Shown: one piece after another, positions 9,996 through 19,310 of the stretch
Layout: each line of letters starts with the position of its first letter
How positions within the stretch are numbered: the first letter of the stretch is position 1
Source: Candidatus Latescibacterota bacterium
Lineage (GTDB): Bacteria > Latescibacterota > UBA2968 > GCA-2709665
Assembly: GCA_965205485.1 (NCBI GenBank)
Contig: OZ242180.1
Span: 2,080,001-2,144,000 of the forward strand
Direction of reading: 5' to 3'
Length of the DNA stretch: 64,000 bases
Made by a program: the position numbers and the translations under genes
Notes under the pieces: generated by a model
Databases searched by the model: none
The model's input: only the letters and a program-made list of their open reading frames with translations
Told to the model about the DNA's origin: nothing

Positions 9996-10238
9996 GCTCT
10001 CAACTGGCATGCGATTGAGACATCCCTTCTTTCGGAACCCCGTGGCCGATACCCCTCCGGCCGTTCTCCGGGGTTGCCGGATCCGGAAATCCTCCGTTCC
10101 CCCGAAACTGCATTTCCTGACAGTTCGGTCCGCATTTAATGAGCCCGGAAACAGGAGACGTGCCCGGCAGCCGGATTCCAGTGGCGGAATCAACTCTCCA
10201 CGGCTGTCGTGTGAACCTGTTTTCCGGGCTCTTTCTTC
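9996..10238 (+). ncRNA. Candidate structured non-coding RNA (family unassigned)
   Basis: Successive hairpins ending in a 91-nt rod (10141-10231) and a pyrimidine tail; no credible ORF. Confidence 0.35.
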
Positions 10239-10306
10239 CGCGGAGTCGCCGGATAAGCGCGCCTTCGGGATTTGCCAGGGTGTTGCGTGACCGGGTGCGG
10301 CAGCGT

Positions 10307-10777
10307 TTACCTGTGATACGGCTCACGTCGCATGATGGTAAACGCTCTGTAGATCTGCTCCAGGAGAACCAGACGCGCGATCTCGTGCGGAAAAGTGAAG
10401 GAAGAGAGCGAAAGACGCCAGTCGGCGCGCCGGATGACCCGGGTGGACAGACCGGATGGACCGCCAACGACGAACGCGATTCGGCCAATGCCTTCCAGGC
10501 CGATTTTCAGGATGCGCCTTGCGAGGCCATCCGAACTGCAGGACTCTCCGTTCGGATCCAGGACGACCATAAATGCGTTTTGCGGAAGGCGCCGGAGGAT
10601 GCGTTCGCCTTCCCTGCAAAGGCTATCGGCAGCGGCGCCCTTACGTGGCGCGGGTTCCTCTCTGACTTCGATATGCTCCAGGCTGGCGTATCTCCGGATG
10701 CGATCGATGTAGTCCGACACCCCTTCCCTCAGGTACGGCTTTCGGCATTTGCCAACCGCCAGCAGCGTGATTTGCAT
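10307..10777 (-). CDS. rlmH: 23S rRNA pseudouridine-1915 N3-methyltransferase
   Basis: MQITLLAVGK...FVVGGPSGL...SLSSFTFPHEIARLVLLEQIYRA...PYHR. Confidence 0.95.
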   Translation of the reverse strand: MQITLLAVGKCRKPYLREGVSDYIDRIRRYASLEHIEVREEPAPRKGAAADSLCREGERILRRLPQNAFMVVLDPNGESCSSDGLARRILKIGLEGIGRIAFVVGGPSGLSTRVIRRADWRLSLSSFTFPHEIARLVLLEQIYRAFTIMRREPYHR

Positions 10778-10817
10778 TGGATAATGATAAGGACAAGTTC
10801 GGATTTGCACAAGGGGC

Positions 10818-10846
10818 TTGTTCCAACCTGCGAAAACGGGTATAAT
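10818..10846 (+). promoter_or_regulatory. Putative sigma-70 promoter for the S55 peptidase operon
   Basis: TTGTTC-17 nt-TATAAT. Confidence 0.55.
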
Positions 10847-10978
10847 ATCCGGGTAGATAAAGCAAGGTCTGATATTGATTTGCAAGTACTTAGAACGTTG
10901 CAGAACTTGACTTTTCCGAGGTCGCGCCGTAGATTTCGTGGCTCCCGTACCGATCGAGGAGAAAGGGTCTGTGTCGTG

Positions 10979-12784
10979 ATGCGTCTGCTGAAAATCTCAC
11001 TGACCGCTCTGTTGTGGTGCACAGTTGCCGGCAATGCCAGGGCGACCGTGGAGACAATGCCCGTCGAGGAACTCCGGAGAGGGATGCGGGGCATCGGCCG
11101 GACGGTCTTCCAGGGTACGCGAATCGATACGTTTCACGTTGAAATCCTGGGCGTACTGCACAACGCGATCGGTCCAGGGAGCGACCTGATTCTGGCCAGG
11201 CTGTCCGGCGGTCCCCTGTCCAGGACTGGAGTGATTTCGGGGATGAGCGGAAGTCCGGTCTATGTCGATGGTAAGCTGATCGGCGCCGTATCGTATCGCA
11301 TTGGCGCTTTTGCCAAGGAACCCATCGCCGGAATTACGCCAATTGCGGCAATGGTTGATCTCTTCAATCGGCCGCCGGCGACGGAAGGCGTCAGTTCGGC
11401 GGCCCGTCTGACGCAAGCCGGCGCACGCCGTCTGATCGATCTCACGGGGATGGATGCGGCTGAGTTGCAGCCGATCAGCCTGCCGATCGTGATTTCCGGT
11501 TTTGCGCCGCAGGCGGTCGCTGATTTCCGACAGGCGTTTTCGAATACAGGTTGGACGCCGGTCCAGGGCGGTGGTGGCGAGGACCCGGGCCTGCCTGCCG
11601 GTACGTTCGAACCGGGCGCCGCGCTTGGCGTGCAGCTGGTACGTGGCGACCTCAGCGTTACGGGAATCGGAACGCTCACCCATCGCGATGGGGACCGGGT
11701 GGTCGGGTTCGGACATTCCATGATTTTTGGCGGTGCTACCGCGCTGCCAATGACGGGAGCCTACATTCACGAGATCTTGCCAAGTCAATTTGCGTCGTTC
11801 AAGCTGGGTGTCGCCGGGCAGACCGTGGGCGCCATCGTTCAGGACCGCGCCCCCGGCATTGCCGGCACCATCGGTCTCGACGTTGACATGATGCCGGTGA
11901 GTATCAACCTGCGTTCTCCGGGGAAGGAGGCGCACTTCGGTATGGAGGTCCTGCGAGACCGCGACCTCAGCCCGACGCTCTTGCGAATCGCGGTTTTCAG
12001 CGCGATGATTTCGTCCGAGAAACTGACGGGAGAGGTAACGGTGAAGTCCCGAGTGAGAATCGACCTGAACGGACGTCCCTCGGTGGAAGCGGAAAACGTC
12101 TATGCCGGCGCGCTTGGGCTGGGCAATGCGGTACTGGGTGTCACCACGCCGTTTGCGAGCCTGATCCGGAATCCGTTCCAGCCAATCAGGATCGAGAAGG
12201 TCACCTTCGACCTGGACGTGGAAGCCGAACGGGCGCATACCGCCCACATCAAGTCCATCGGCTTACAGAAGACTTCGTTTCAGCCTGGCGATACGGTTCG
12301 CGTCACGGTTTCATTAAGGACCTACCGGGGTGGACTGCGGCAGGTGGATGAGGCAATGGTCATACCAAATCAAACGCCGGGCGGCCGGCTGATTCTCCGG
12401 GTTTCCAGCGCATCCGACCACGTGAAGCAGGAGGCCAAGCGGGCGCCGGGTGAATACAACGCCAGAGATCTGGATCATCTCATTCACCTGTTGGGGCGCG
12501 CCGGCCGGAACAACGAAATGGTTGTTGAATTGCTGTCCGGCGCCCCGGGCGTGACAATTGAGGGACGGGAGGTGTCAAGGCTGCCGTCGTCGGTGCTTTC
12601 GGCGCTTCAGTATTCCCGCTCGTCGGATGCGGTAAAACAGGTTCGGCAGACCGTCGTTCAGAGGGCGCGTATTCCGACGGACTTTGTGCTGTCTGGAAGT
12701 CAGATCGTTGTACTGAATGTGAACCGGAAACGGAACGGCGTTATATTCGCCGAGGGTGGGGGCGCAGGCGGAAAGGGGAAGTAG
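10979..12784 (+). CDS. Exported SpoIVB/peptidase S55 domain protein
   Basis: Signal peptide; GxGRTVFQG, GVISGMSGSPVYVDGKLIGAVS, GFGHS motifs. Confidence 0.88.
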   Translation: MRLLKISLTALLWCTVAGNARATVETMPVEELRRGMRGIGRTVFQGTRIDTFHVEILGVLHNAIGPGSDLILARLSGGPLSRTGVISGMSGSPVYVDGKLIGAVSYRIGAFAKEPIAGITPIAAMVDLFNRPPATEGVSSAARLTQAGARRLIDLTGMDAAELQPISLPIVISGFAPQAVADFRQAFSNTGWTPVQGGGGEDPGLPAGTFEPGAALGVQLVRGDLSVTGIGTLTHRDGDRVVGFGHSMIFGGATALPMTGAYIHEILPSQFASFKLGVAGQTVGAIVQDRAPGIAGTIGLDVDMMPVSINLRSPGKEAHFGMEVLRDRDLSPTLLRIAVFSAMISSEKLTGEVTVKSRVRIDLNGRPSVEAENVYAGALGLGNAVLGVTTPFASLIRNPFQPIRIEKVTFDLDVEAERAHTAHIKSIGLQKTSFQPGDTVRVTVSLRTYRGGLRQVDEAMVIPNQTPGGRLILRVSSASDHVKQEAKRAPGEYNARDLDHLIHLLGRAGRNNEMVVELLSGAPGVTIEGREVSRLPSSVLSALQYSRSSDAVKQVRQTVVQRARIPTDFVLSGSQIVVLNVNRKRNGVIFAEGGGAGGKGK

Positions 12785-12876
12785 GCCACCCCAGGCAACG
12801 CCGTCTTCGGACTCCCGGGCGATGGGAATACGTCGTGGAGACGGCGGACGTTCCGAAAGAATAGGAGATCGGGCTG

Positions 12877-14946
12877 TTGGATCGAGAAAACCGACATGCC
12901 GTCTATCGTATATTGCTGATGAGCCTGTGCTTTCTGCTCAACTGCCTTCTGATTCCAGCGGACGGCGTTGAGCCTGTCGTATGGCGCGACCACACGCAGA
13001 AAGCCTTCGCCAGGGGCGAAGCCGACGGTGTCTCAATAACCAGAGACGGCGCCGTGTTGCTGGCGCCCGAGTTGCAGACCTTGGCGAATACGGGAGAAGA
13101 ATTCGTCTGGGCACTCGCGGAGGGACGAGGCGGTCGATTGTATATTGCTACGGGCAATGGCGGAAAGATCTTTGACTTTGATGGCTCGGGAAAGCCGACG
13201 CTCCTCTTCGATTCTCCCGAAGTGGCCATTTTCAGTCTCGCCGTGGGAACGGACGAGACACTCTATGCCGGCTCCTCCCCGGACGGCATTGTATACCGGA
13301 TCGTTCAGGGCAAAGAACCCGAGACGTTTTGTCGAACCGGAGACGAACACGTCTGGGCGCTGGTTGCGGATGGACACGGAGGCCTGTACGCGGCCACCGG
13401 TGGAAGACACGGACGAATCCTGCGTATCTCCGCGGCGGGAGAGGTCGTCGAGATATATAAGAGCGAAGATCAGAATGTGGTATCCCTGATCAGGGACGCC
13501 GGCGGCAGAGTGTATGCCGGCACGGACCAGAGCGGACTTGTCTACCGTGTCAACGCAGCGGGAGGAGTGGAAGTATTGTACGACGCCGCGGAAGATGAAA
13601 TCCACGCTCTGGCGATGGGACCGGACGGAACCCTGTTCGCGGGCGCAATGTCCAAACGTTCTAAGGGGAGCGGAAAGGGCGGATCTCAACAATCCGCCAA
13701 GGGCCAGGGATCCGCTTCCTCCCGGCAGGTTTCCGTGCTGTATGCGGTCCGCCCTTCGGGTGCGGCGGTTCGTCTATGGACGGTCGACGAGCCGATGCTT
13801 CTGGCATTGCATGCGGACGATCGGGAGATTACGGTGCTGACTGGAGACAGGGGGAGCATTTATCGCGTGAACCTGTCTGGCAGGGCGACGCTGCTGACCC
13901 GGCTGAAAGACGTTCAACCATGGGCGTTCTGCCGGTCAAACTCAGGGGACTTCTGGCTGGGAACCGCTGGAGCCGGAAAAGTGTATCGGTTGGGACAGGC
14001 GTTCGCGCGCGAAGGCAGGCTGGAATCCAGGGTCAGAGATTTCCACCTCGTGTCCAGATGGGGTAAAATCAGGTGGAATGCCGAACCTGCCCCGGATGCG
14101 TCCGTTCAATTCCAGACCCGTTCGGGAAACAGCGAGAAACCGGACAACACCTGGAGTGAATGGTCTTCGGTCTCCCAGGGAGGACAGATTTCCAGTCCGC
14201 CGGCGAGATTCCTTCAGTATCGGGCCGAGTTGAGATCCGTGGCGGGTACGACCACACCGACGATTCGCGAAGTGAGTCTGGTGGGACTCCAGGAGAATCT
14301 GGGCCCGCGCATCCTCGCACTCGTCGTCTCGCCCATCGAGGCGCAGGGCAACGGCGCTGCGCCTAAGGACCCCGGAAAGGGCCGAAAGGCGCCAGGTATC
14401 CAGAGGGGTGTCTGGCGGATCTCATGGAAAGCGGAAGACGCGAATAACGACGGGCTGGTGTACGCGTTGTACTATCGGGGTCTGTCCGAGAAGAGATGGA
14501 AACTCCTGGAAGAAAACCTGCGTTCGAATTCCTTCGATTGGCATACGGAGTCCGCGCCCGAGGGTACGATGCTGGTCCGGTTGGTGGCGTCGGACAGGTT
14601 GACCAATCCGGAGGAAACCGCGCTGGCAGGCGAGATGGTCAGCCGGCCGTTCGATCTTGACCACACACCACCCTCCGTCGCGCTGCAGATACGACAGGTT
14701 GCGGGCGGGGTTCGTATCGAGGGATCGCTGAACGACGCCGCGAGCCCGATCTGGAAAGCGGCCTATGCGGTGAATTCAGGAGAGTGGAAGGTGGTCTTTC
14801 CAGTCGATCGTATTTTCGACTCCAGAACGGAATCCTTGCGTTTCGAAATTCAGGATCTTGCGGCGGGGGAATACACGGTCGTCGTCCGTGCGACCGATGC
14901 GCTGGGCAACGTGGGGGTAGGCACAGCGACGGTCGACCTCAATTAA
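12877..14946 (+). CDS. Exported beta-propeller protein with C-terminal FN3/Ig-like domains
   Basis: Repeated VWAL..G..YxATG..GxIxR blades; C-terminal WKAEDANND, DHTPP, VRATDALGN. Confidence 0.75.
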   Translation: MDRENRHAVYRILLMSLCFLLNCLLIPADGVEPVVWRDHTQKAFARGEADGVSITRDGAVLLAPELQTLANTGEEFVWALAEGRGGRLYIATGNGGKIFDFDGSGKPTLLFDSPEVAIFSLAVGTDETLYAGSSPDGIVYRIVQGKEPETFCRTGDEHVWALVADGHGGLYAATGGRHGRILRISAAGEVVEIYKSEDQNVVSLIRDAGGRVYAGTDQSGLVYRVNAAGGVEVLYDAAEDEIHALAMGPDGTLFAGAMSKRSKGSGKGGSQQSAKGQGSASSRQVSVLYAVRPSGAAVRLWTVDEPMLLALHADDREITVLTGDRGSIYRVNLSGRATLLTRLKDVQPWAFCRSNSGDFWLGTAGAGKVYRLGQAFAREGRLESRVRDFHLVSRWGKIRWNAEPAPDASVQFQTRSGNSEKPDNTWSEWSSVSQGGQISSPPARFLQYRAELRSVAGTTTPTIREVSLVGLQENLGPRILALVVSPIEAQGNGAAPKDPGKGRKAPGIQRGVWRISWKAEDANNDGLVYALYYRGLSEKRWKLLEENLRSNSFDWHTESAPEGTMLVRLVASDRLTNPEETALAGEMVSRPFDLDHTPPSVALQIRQVAGGVRIEGSLNDAASPIWKAAYAVNSGEWKVVFPVDRIFDSRTESLRFEIQDLAAGEYTVVVRATDALGNVGVGTATVDLN

Positions 14947-15106
14947 CAGCCCGTTGATAAGGCCCATCCGGGCTACGGCCGGCCCTTGCGGTCGAAATAC
15001 TGCGTTGCGCACCCTCGCCGAATCGCAGGATGGGACTCGGTCGCGCGCCTTGTCTTCGACCACAATGGCTCGGCCTCGCCTGCAGAGCGACTTTTTCAAC
15101 GGACTG
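14947..15106. mobile_element. MITE family A, longest copy (160 bp)
   Basis: CAGCCCGTTGA...TCAACGGACTG; flanks TTAA/CTAA. Confidence 0.88.
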
Positions 15107-15159
15107 CTAAGCCTCGTCCACGCCTGGCCATTCATCTTCCCGGCGATACAGGGCGGTTT

Positions 15160-16260
15160 ATGACGGATGCGGATTATATGCGGCTGGCGTTGTCGCTGGC
15201 CGAGAAGGGACGCGGTCGGGTACGGGACGGTGCGCTTGTGGGTGCGGTGGCGGTTCGGGAGGGCCAGATTATCGGAAAAGGTTACTACCCTGAATCCGGA
15301 ATGCCGCACGCGGAGGTTTACGCGCTTGAAGGAATGGCCGACGGAACCCCAGGCGTAACATTGTACGTGACCCTCGAACCATGCGCACATACCGGCCGTA
15401 CGCCGCCGTGTGTGGATTTGTTGATCAAGAAAGGGGTTGCGCGGGTCGTTTGCGGCATGACGGACCCGGACAGACGGGTTTCCGGTAGAGGCATCGACCG
15501 GTTGCGGGAGGCAGGTGTGCGGGTGGAGGTTGGCGTACTCGAGGAAGAGGCGCGTCGACTGAACGAAATATTCGTAAAACACCGGACCACGGGCCTTCCT
15601 TTCGTCACCCTGAAGCTGGCGCAGACCCTCGACGGCCGCATTGCGACGGCTTCGGGCGAGTCGAGATGGATTTCCTCCCACGCCTCCAGGGTTAAGGCGC
15701 ATGGGCTGCGTGCTGAAGCGTCCGCGGTCATGGTCGGAAGGGGGACTGTAGACGCGGACGATCCGGCGCTGACAGTGCGGCATCTGGACGGTCCGGATCC
15801 GGCCAAGATCGTGCTGGACAGTCGCCTCGAGATATCACGGGACGCAAAGGTATTCAACGGGGCGGCGTTGATTCTCGCCGCAGCGCAAGGCGTCTCAAAA
15901 AAAAAAGTCGAAGCGATGGAGACGCGCGGCGCCCGCGTATGGGTCAGTCCGCCAAAGGATGGAAGGCCCATGCTCCGGGACGTGCTTTTCCGTGCCGGCG
16001 CAGAGGGATTTACCCATGTGTTGATCGAAGGCGGAGGTGCAGTGGCTGCTTCCGCGATGCGCGAGCGGTTGATCGACCGGCTCGCGGTGTTTATCGCGCC
16101 GGCGATTCTGGGAAGAGGGGTTGATTCGGTTGGCGACCTGGGAATTACAAGAATGGCCGATGCGATTCACCTGAATCAGGTCGACGTGGATTGGACCGGC
16201 CCCGACTTGTTCTACACGGCGCGGATGAAGGACGCGGCAGTTCCTGAACGGAAGGCGTGA
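15160..16260 (+). CDS. ribD: Bifunctional riboflavin deaminase/reductase
   Basis: HAE, TLEPCAHTGRTPPC, KLAQTLDGRIA, IEGGG. Confidence 0.95.
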   Translation: MTDADYMRLALSLAEKGRGRVRDGALVGAVAVREGQIIGKGYYPESGMPHAEVYALEGMADGTPGVTLYVTLEPCAHTGRTPPCVDLLIKKGVARVVCGMTDPDRRVSGRGIDRLREAGVRVEVGVLEEEARRLNEIFVKHRTTGLPFVTLKLAQTLDGRIATASGESRWISSHASRVKAHGLRAEASAVMVGRGTVDADDPALTVRHLDGPDPAKIVLDSRLEISRDAKVFNGAALILAAAQGVSKKKVEAMETRGARVWVSPPKDGRPMLRDVLFRAGAEGFTHVLIEGGGAVAASAMRERLIDRLAVFIAPAILGRGVDSVGDLGITRMADAIHLNQVDVDWTGPDLFYTARMKDAAVPERKA

Positions 16261-16325
16261 ACCCGGGACCGGGACGGCGGGTCTCTGATTCTGCATACCG
16301 CGGGGCCCGCGAAAGGATATGCACG

Positions 16326-16982
16326 ATGTTTACGGGGATTGTCGAGGAAGTGGGGCGGGTGCGTGCGATTCAGAGGCGGACGGGGTATCAGCGCACGACG
16401 GTTGAAGCGAAGCGCGTGCTGGAGGATGTCTCTGTTGGTGACAGCATATCTATCGACGGCGCCTGCCACACCGTTGTCGAAGCGGAGCGTCATGCGTTCT
16501 CGTTCGAATCCGTCTCGGAGACCCTTGAACGAACCACCCTTGGGAGACTTGAAACGGGACACAGGGTAAACCTGGAACGTTCGCTGAAGCTGTCGGACCG
16601 CCTTGGCGGCCATCTGGTGGCCGGTCACGTGGATGGGATGGGCAGGGTGATGGAACGCAGGCGATGGGCCGACAACATGACATTCCGGATTGGAATGCCT
16701 GAGGAACTGTCCGCGTATCTGGCCGCCAAGGGATCGATCGCCGTGGACGGGATCAGCCTGACGGTTGTGGCAGCGAGCGCACGAGACTTTACAGTGACGG
16801 TCATTCCGCATACGGCGGAAGCCACGACGATCGGTGAACGCAGGGTCGGCGACGCGGTCAACCTGGAGGTCGACCTGGTGGCGCGGTACCTGGAAAGGCT
16901 GACCGGCGGATGTACGGATAACGGAAATCCGGGGACGTTGCGAAACGTCGGTATTGGAAGTGAAAGAGAAGGGGTTTCGTGA
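16326..16982 (+). CDS. ribE: Riboflavin synthase
   Basis: [31 protein letters not shown]. Confidence 0.95.
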   Translation: MFTGIVEEVGRVRAIQRRTGYQRTTVEAKRVLEDVSVGDSISIDGACHTVVEAERHAFSFESVSETLERTTLGRLETGHRVNLERSLKLSDRLGGHLVAGHVDGMGRVMERRRWADNMTFRIGMPEELSAYLAAKGSIAVDGISLTVVAASARDFTVTVIPHTAEATTIGERRVGDAVNLEVDLVARYLERLTGGCTDNGNPGTLRNVGIGSEREGVS

Positions 16983-17042
16983 GAATCGCGCAAGCCGCGA
17001 TCAGTTCGTTTCAACCCTCCACTTTGCCGGGAGCGGCATCTC

Positions 17043-18317
17043 ATGTCTGAAGTCGACGACGGGCTCCATATCGCGTCCATCGAGGAAGCGCTGAACGACA
17101 TCCGTGCGGGCAAGCTTGTGATCGTCGTGGACGATGAGGATCGGGAAAACGAGGGAGACCTGATCACGGCGGCGGAAAAAGTCACGCCTGAGATCATCAA
17201 CTTCATGGCCCTTCACGGGCGCGGGCTGGTCTGCCTGCCGGCAATGCCGGAACGGTTGCAGGAGTTGGAACTGGAAATGATGGTGGGCAAGAATACCGCG
17301 TTGCATGGAACCCCCTTCACGGTCAGCATCGACGCGGTTGAGGGCACAACAACCGGAATCTCGGCGCAGGATCGTGCGGTTACAATTCAGCGATTTGCGG
17401 ATCCGGACGCCCGCCCCCCCGATTTTGCCAGACCCGGCCACGTCTTTCCTTTATCCGCTCGTCCGGGAGGCGTGTTGCGGCGGGCGGGGCATACGGAGGC
17501 GACAGTGGACCTGGCGCGGCTTGCGGGCCTCTATCCCGCAGGCGTCCTGTGCGAAATCCTGAATCCCGACGGGACGATGGCGCGGCTCCCGCAACTCATG
17601 GAAATGGCCAGGAAGTTCAGTCTGAGGATCATTACGATCCGCGATCTGATCGCGTACCGGCGGCGATCGGAAAAGCTGGTCGAGTGTCTGGAGACGGTCC
17701 GCCTCCCCACCCGGTTCGGGGAGTTCAAGCTTCATCTCTACGACAGCGAAGTCGACAGGCGGGATCACGTGGCGCTGACCAAGGGAGACCTCACGGCCGG
17801 CGATCCGGTGTTGGTGCGAATGCACTCCGAGTGTCTCACGGGCGACGCATTCGGGTCTCTGAGGTGCGACTGCTGCACCAATCTGCATTCGGCGATCGAG
17901 ATGATCGAGCGGGAAGGCCGCGGCGCCGTTGTCTACATGCGGCAGGAGGGCCGCGGCATCGGCTTGCGCGCAAAGATCAACGCCTACCAGCTTCAGGAAG
18001 AAGGCTACGATACGGTAGAGGCGAATCTGAAGCTCGGTTTCAAGATGGACGAGCGGGATTACGGCATCGGCGCGCAGATTCTGTTGGACCTTGGCGTCAG
18101 AAAAGCCCGGCTGATCACCAACAACCCCGCCAAGCGCGTGGGGCTGGAGGCGTACGGAATCGAAATTGTGGAGCGGGTACCCGTCAAGATTGTACCCACG
18201 CCGTGGAATCTCCGGTATCTGCGTACCAAACAAAAGAAGATGGGACACATTTTCGACGATGAAGATCTGAAGCTGGTGGATGGCTCCCCGGAGGAGACGT
18301 ATGGCCAGAGTGATTGA
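17043..18317 (+). CDS. ribBA: DHBP synthase / GTP cyclohydrolase II
   Basis: [41 protein letters not shown]. Confidence 0.96.
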   Translation: MSEVDDGLHIASIEEALNDIRAGKLVIVVDDEDRENEGDLITAAEKVTPEIINFMALHGRGLVCLPAMPERLQELELEMMVGKNTALHGTPFTVSIDAVEGTTTGISAQDRAVTIQRFADPDARPPDFARPGHVFPLSARPGGVLRRAGHTEATVDLARLAGLYPAGVLCEILNPDGTMARLPQLMEMARKFSLRIITIRDLIAYRRRSEKLVECLETVRLPTRFGEFKLHLYDSEVDRRDHVALTKGDLTAGDPVLVRMHSECLTGDAFGSLRCDCCTNLHSAIEMIEREGRGAVVYMRQEGRGIGLRAKINAYQLQEEGYDTVEANLKLGFKMDERDYGIGAQILLDLGVRKARLITNNPAKRVGLEAYGIEIVERVPVKIVPTPWNLRYLRTKQKKMGHIFDDEDLKLVDGSPEETYGQSD

Positions 18318-18780
18318 AGGTGGACTGCGCGCGGAAGGAAAACGCTTCGGTATCGTGGTAAGTCGATTCAACAGTCCGGTCAGCAAGCAGTTGCTTGATG
18401 GCGCCGAGGATTGCCTGAAACGACATGGAGGCGAACCGGAAGACGTCGATGTGGCCTGGGTTCCGGGTTCGTTCGAGATTCCACTGGTGGCCGATAAGAT
18501 GGCGCGCAGCGGACGTTACGACGCGGTGATCTGCCTGGGGGCCGTGATTCGCGGAAGTACGCCCCACTTCGACTATGTGGCCAACGAAGTCTCCAAGGGG
18601 ATTGCATCGGTCGGACTTGAGTCGGGCGTGCCGTGCCTGTTTGGCGTATTGACAACCGATACGATCGAACAGGCGTTCGAAAGGGCGGGAACCAAGGCCG
18701 GAAACAAGGGATGGGAGGTCGCCCTTGCCGCGGTCGAGATGGTGAATCTGGTGGCATTCCTGGACGCGGAAGAGGCATGA
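18301..18780 (+). CDS. ribH: 6,7-dimethyl-8-ribityllumazine synthase
   Basis: [32 protein letters not shown]. Confidence 0.96.
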   Translation: MARVIEGGLRAEGKRFGIVVSRFNSPVSKQLLDGAEDCLKRHGGEPEDVDVAWVPGSFEIPLVADKMARSGRYDAVICLGAVIRGSTPHFDYVANEVSKGIASVGLESGVPCLFGVLTTDTIEQAFERAGTKAGNKGWEVALAAVEMVNLVAFLDAEEA

Positions 18781-19205
18781 CGGGTTCGCGACGAAAAGCC
18801 CGCGAAGTTGCGCTTCAGGCGCTGTATTGGAGCGAGAGTTCGGGAGACCCCGTACAGCAGACGCTCCATGCCATGGCGCTTCGCGCCGGTTTGACGGATG
18901 AAGCCGCGGAATTCGCCCACGCGCTTGGTCGGGAAACCTGGACGCGCAAAGACGAACTGGACGGTCTGGTAGAAGGGATTTCACGGAATTGGGCGCTGGA
19001 ACGGATCTCGAGGATCGACCGGATCCTGCTCCGGATGGCGCTTACGGAAATGCTCGCATTCGACAATATTCCGGTCAAGGTATCGATGAACGAAGCGATC
19101 GAGCTCGCCAGGCGGTACAGCGTGGAGAAGGCGCCGACGTTCATCAACGGAATCCTGGATGCGCTGGTCAGACAGAAGGGAATCCTTGCGGAAGCCGCGG
19201 ATTGA
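18777..19205 (+). CDS. nusB: Transcription antitermination factor NusB
   Basis: [37 protein letters not shown]; follows ribH. Confidence 0.95.
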   Translation: MTGSRRKAREVALQALYWSESSGDPVQQTLHAMALRAGLTDEAAEFAHALGRETWTRKDELDGLVEGISRNWALERISRIDRILLRMALTEMLAFDNIPVKVSMNEAIELARRYSVEKAPTFINGILDALVRQKGILAEAAD

Positions 19206-19275
19206 CAATGGGTTGAGAGAGCCGATCCGGGACGGGACACTGCCTCGCCGGCAGATCCGCATTGTCAACGGACTG
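19206..19275. mobile_element. Degenerate short MITE family A remnant
   Basis: Right end TCAACGGACTG followed by TTAA; internal GCCTCGCC.GCAGA; decayed left end. Confidence 0.5.
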
Positions 19276-19310
19276 TTAAGGTTTCGGCGATAATCGGTGG
19301 ATACGCGCTT

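Noticed and set aside
10240..10295. Possible c-di-GMP-I riboswitch (minus strand GGTCACGCA...GGCAAA..CGAAGG)
   Set aside because: The required downstream GACGCAAAG and second stem are absent.
10139..10978. N-terminal 280 aa of the 881-aa ORF
   Set aside because: It is antisense to rlmH; a promoter, RBS-like sequence and signal peptide point to a start at 10979.
14947..15159. FMN riboswitch upstream of ribD
   Set aside because: No RFN conserved blocks are visible; the space is occupied by a MITE.
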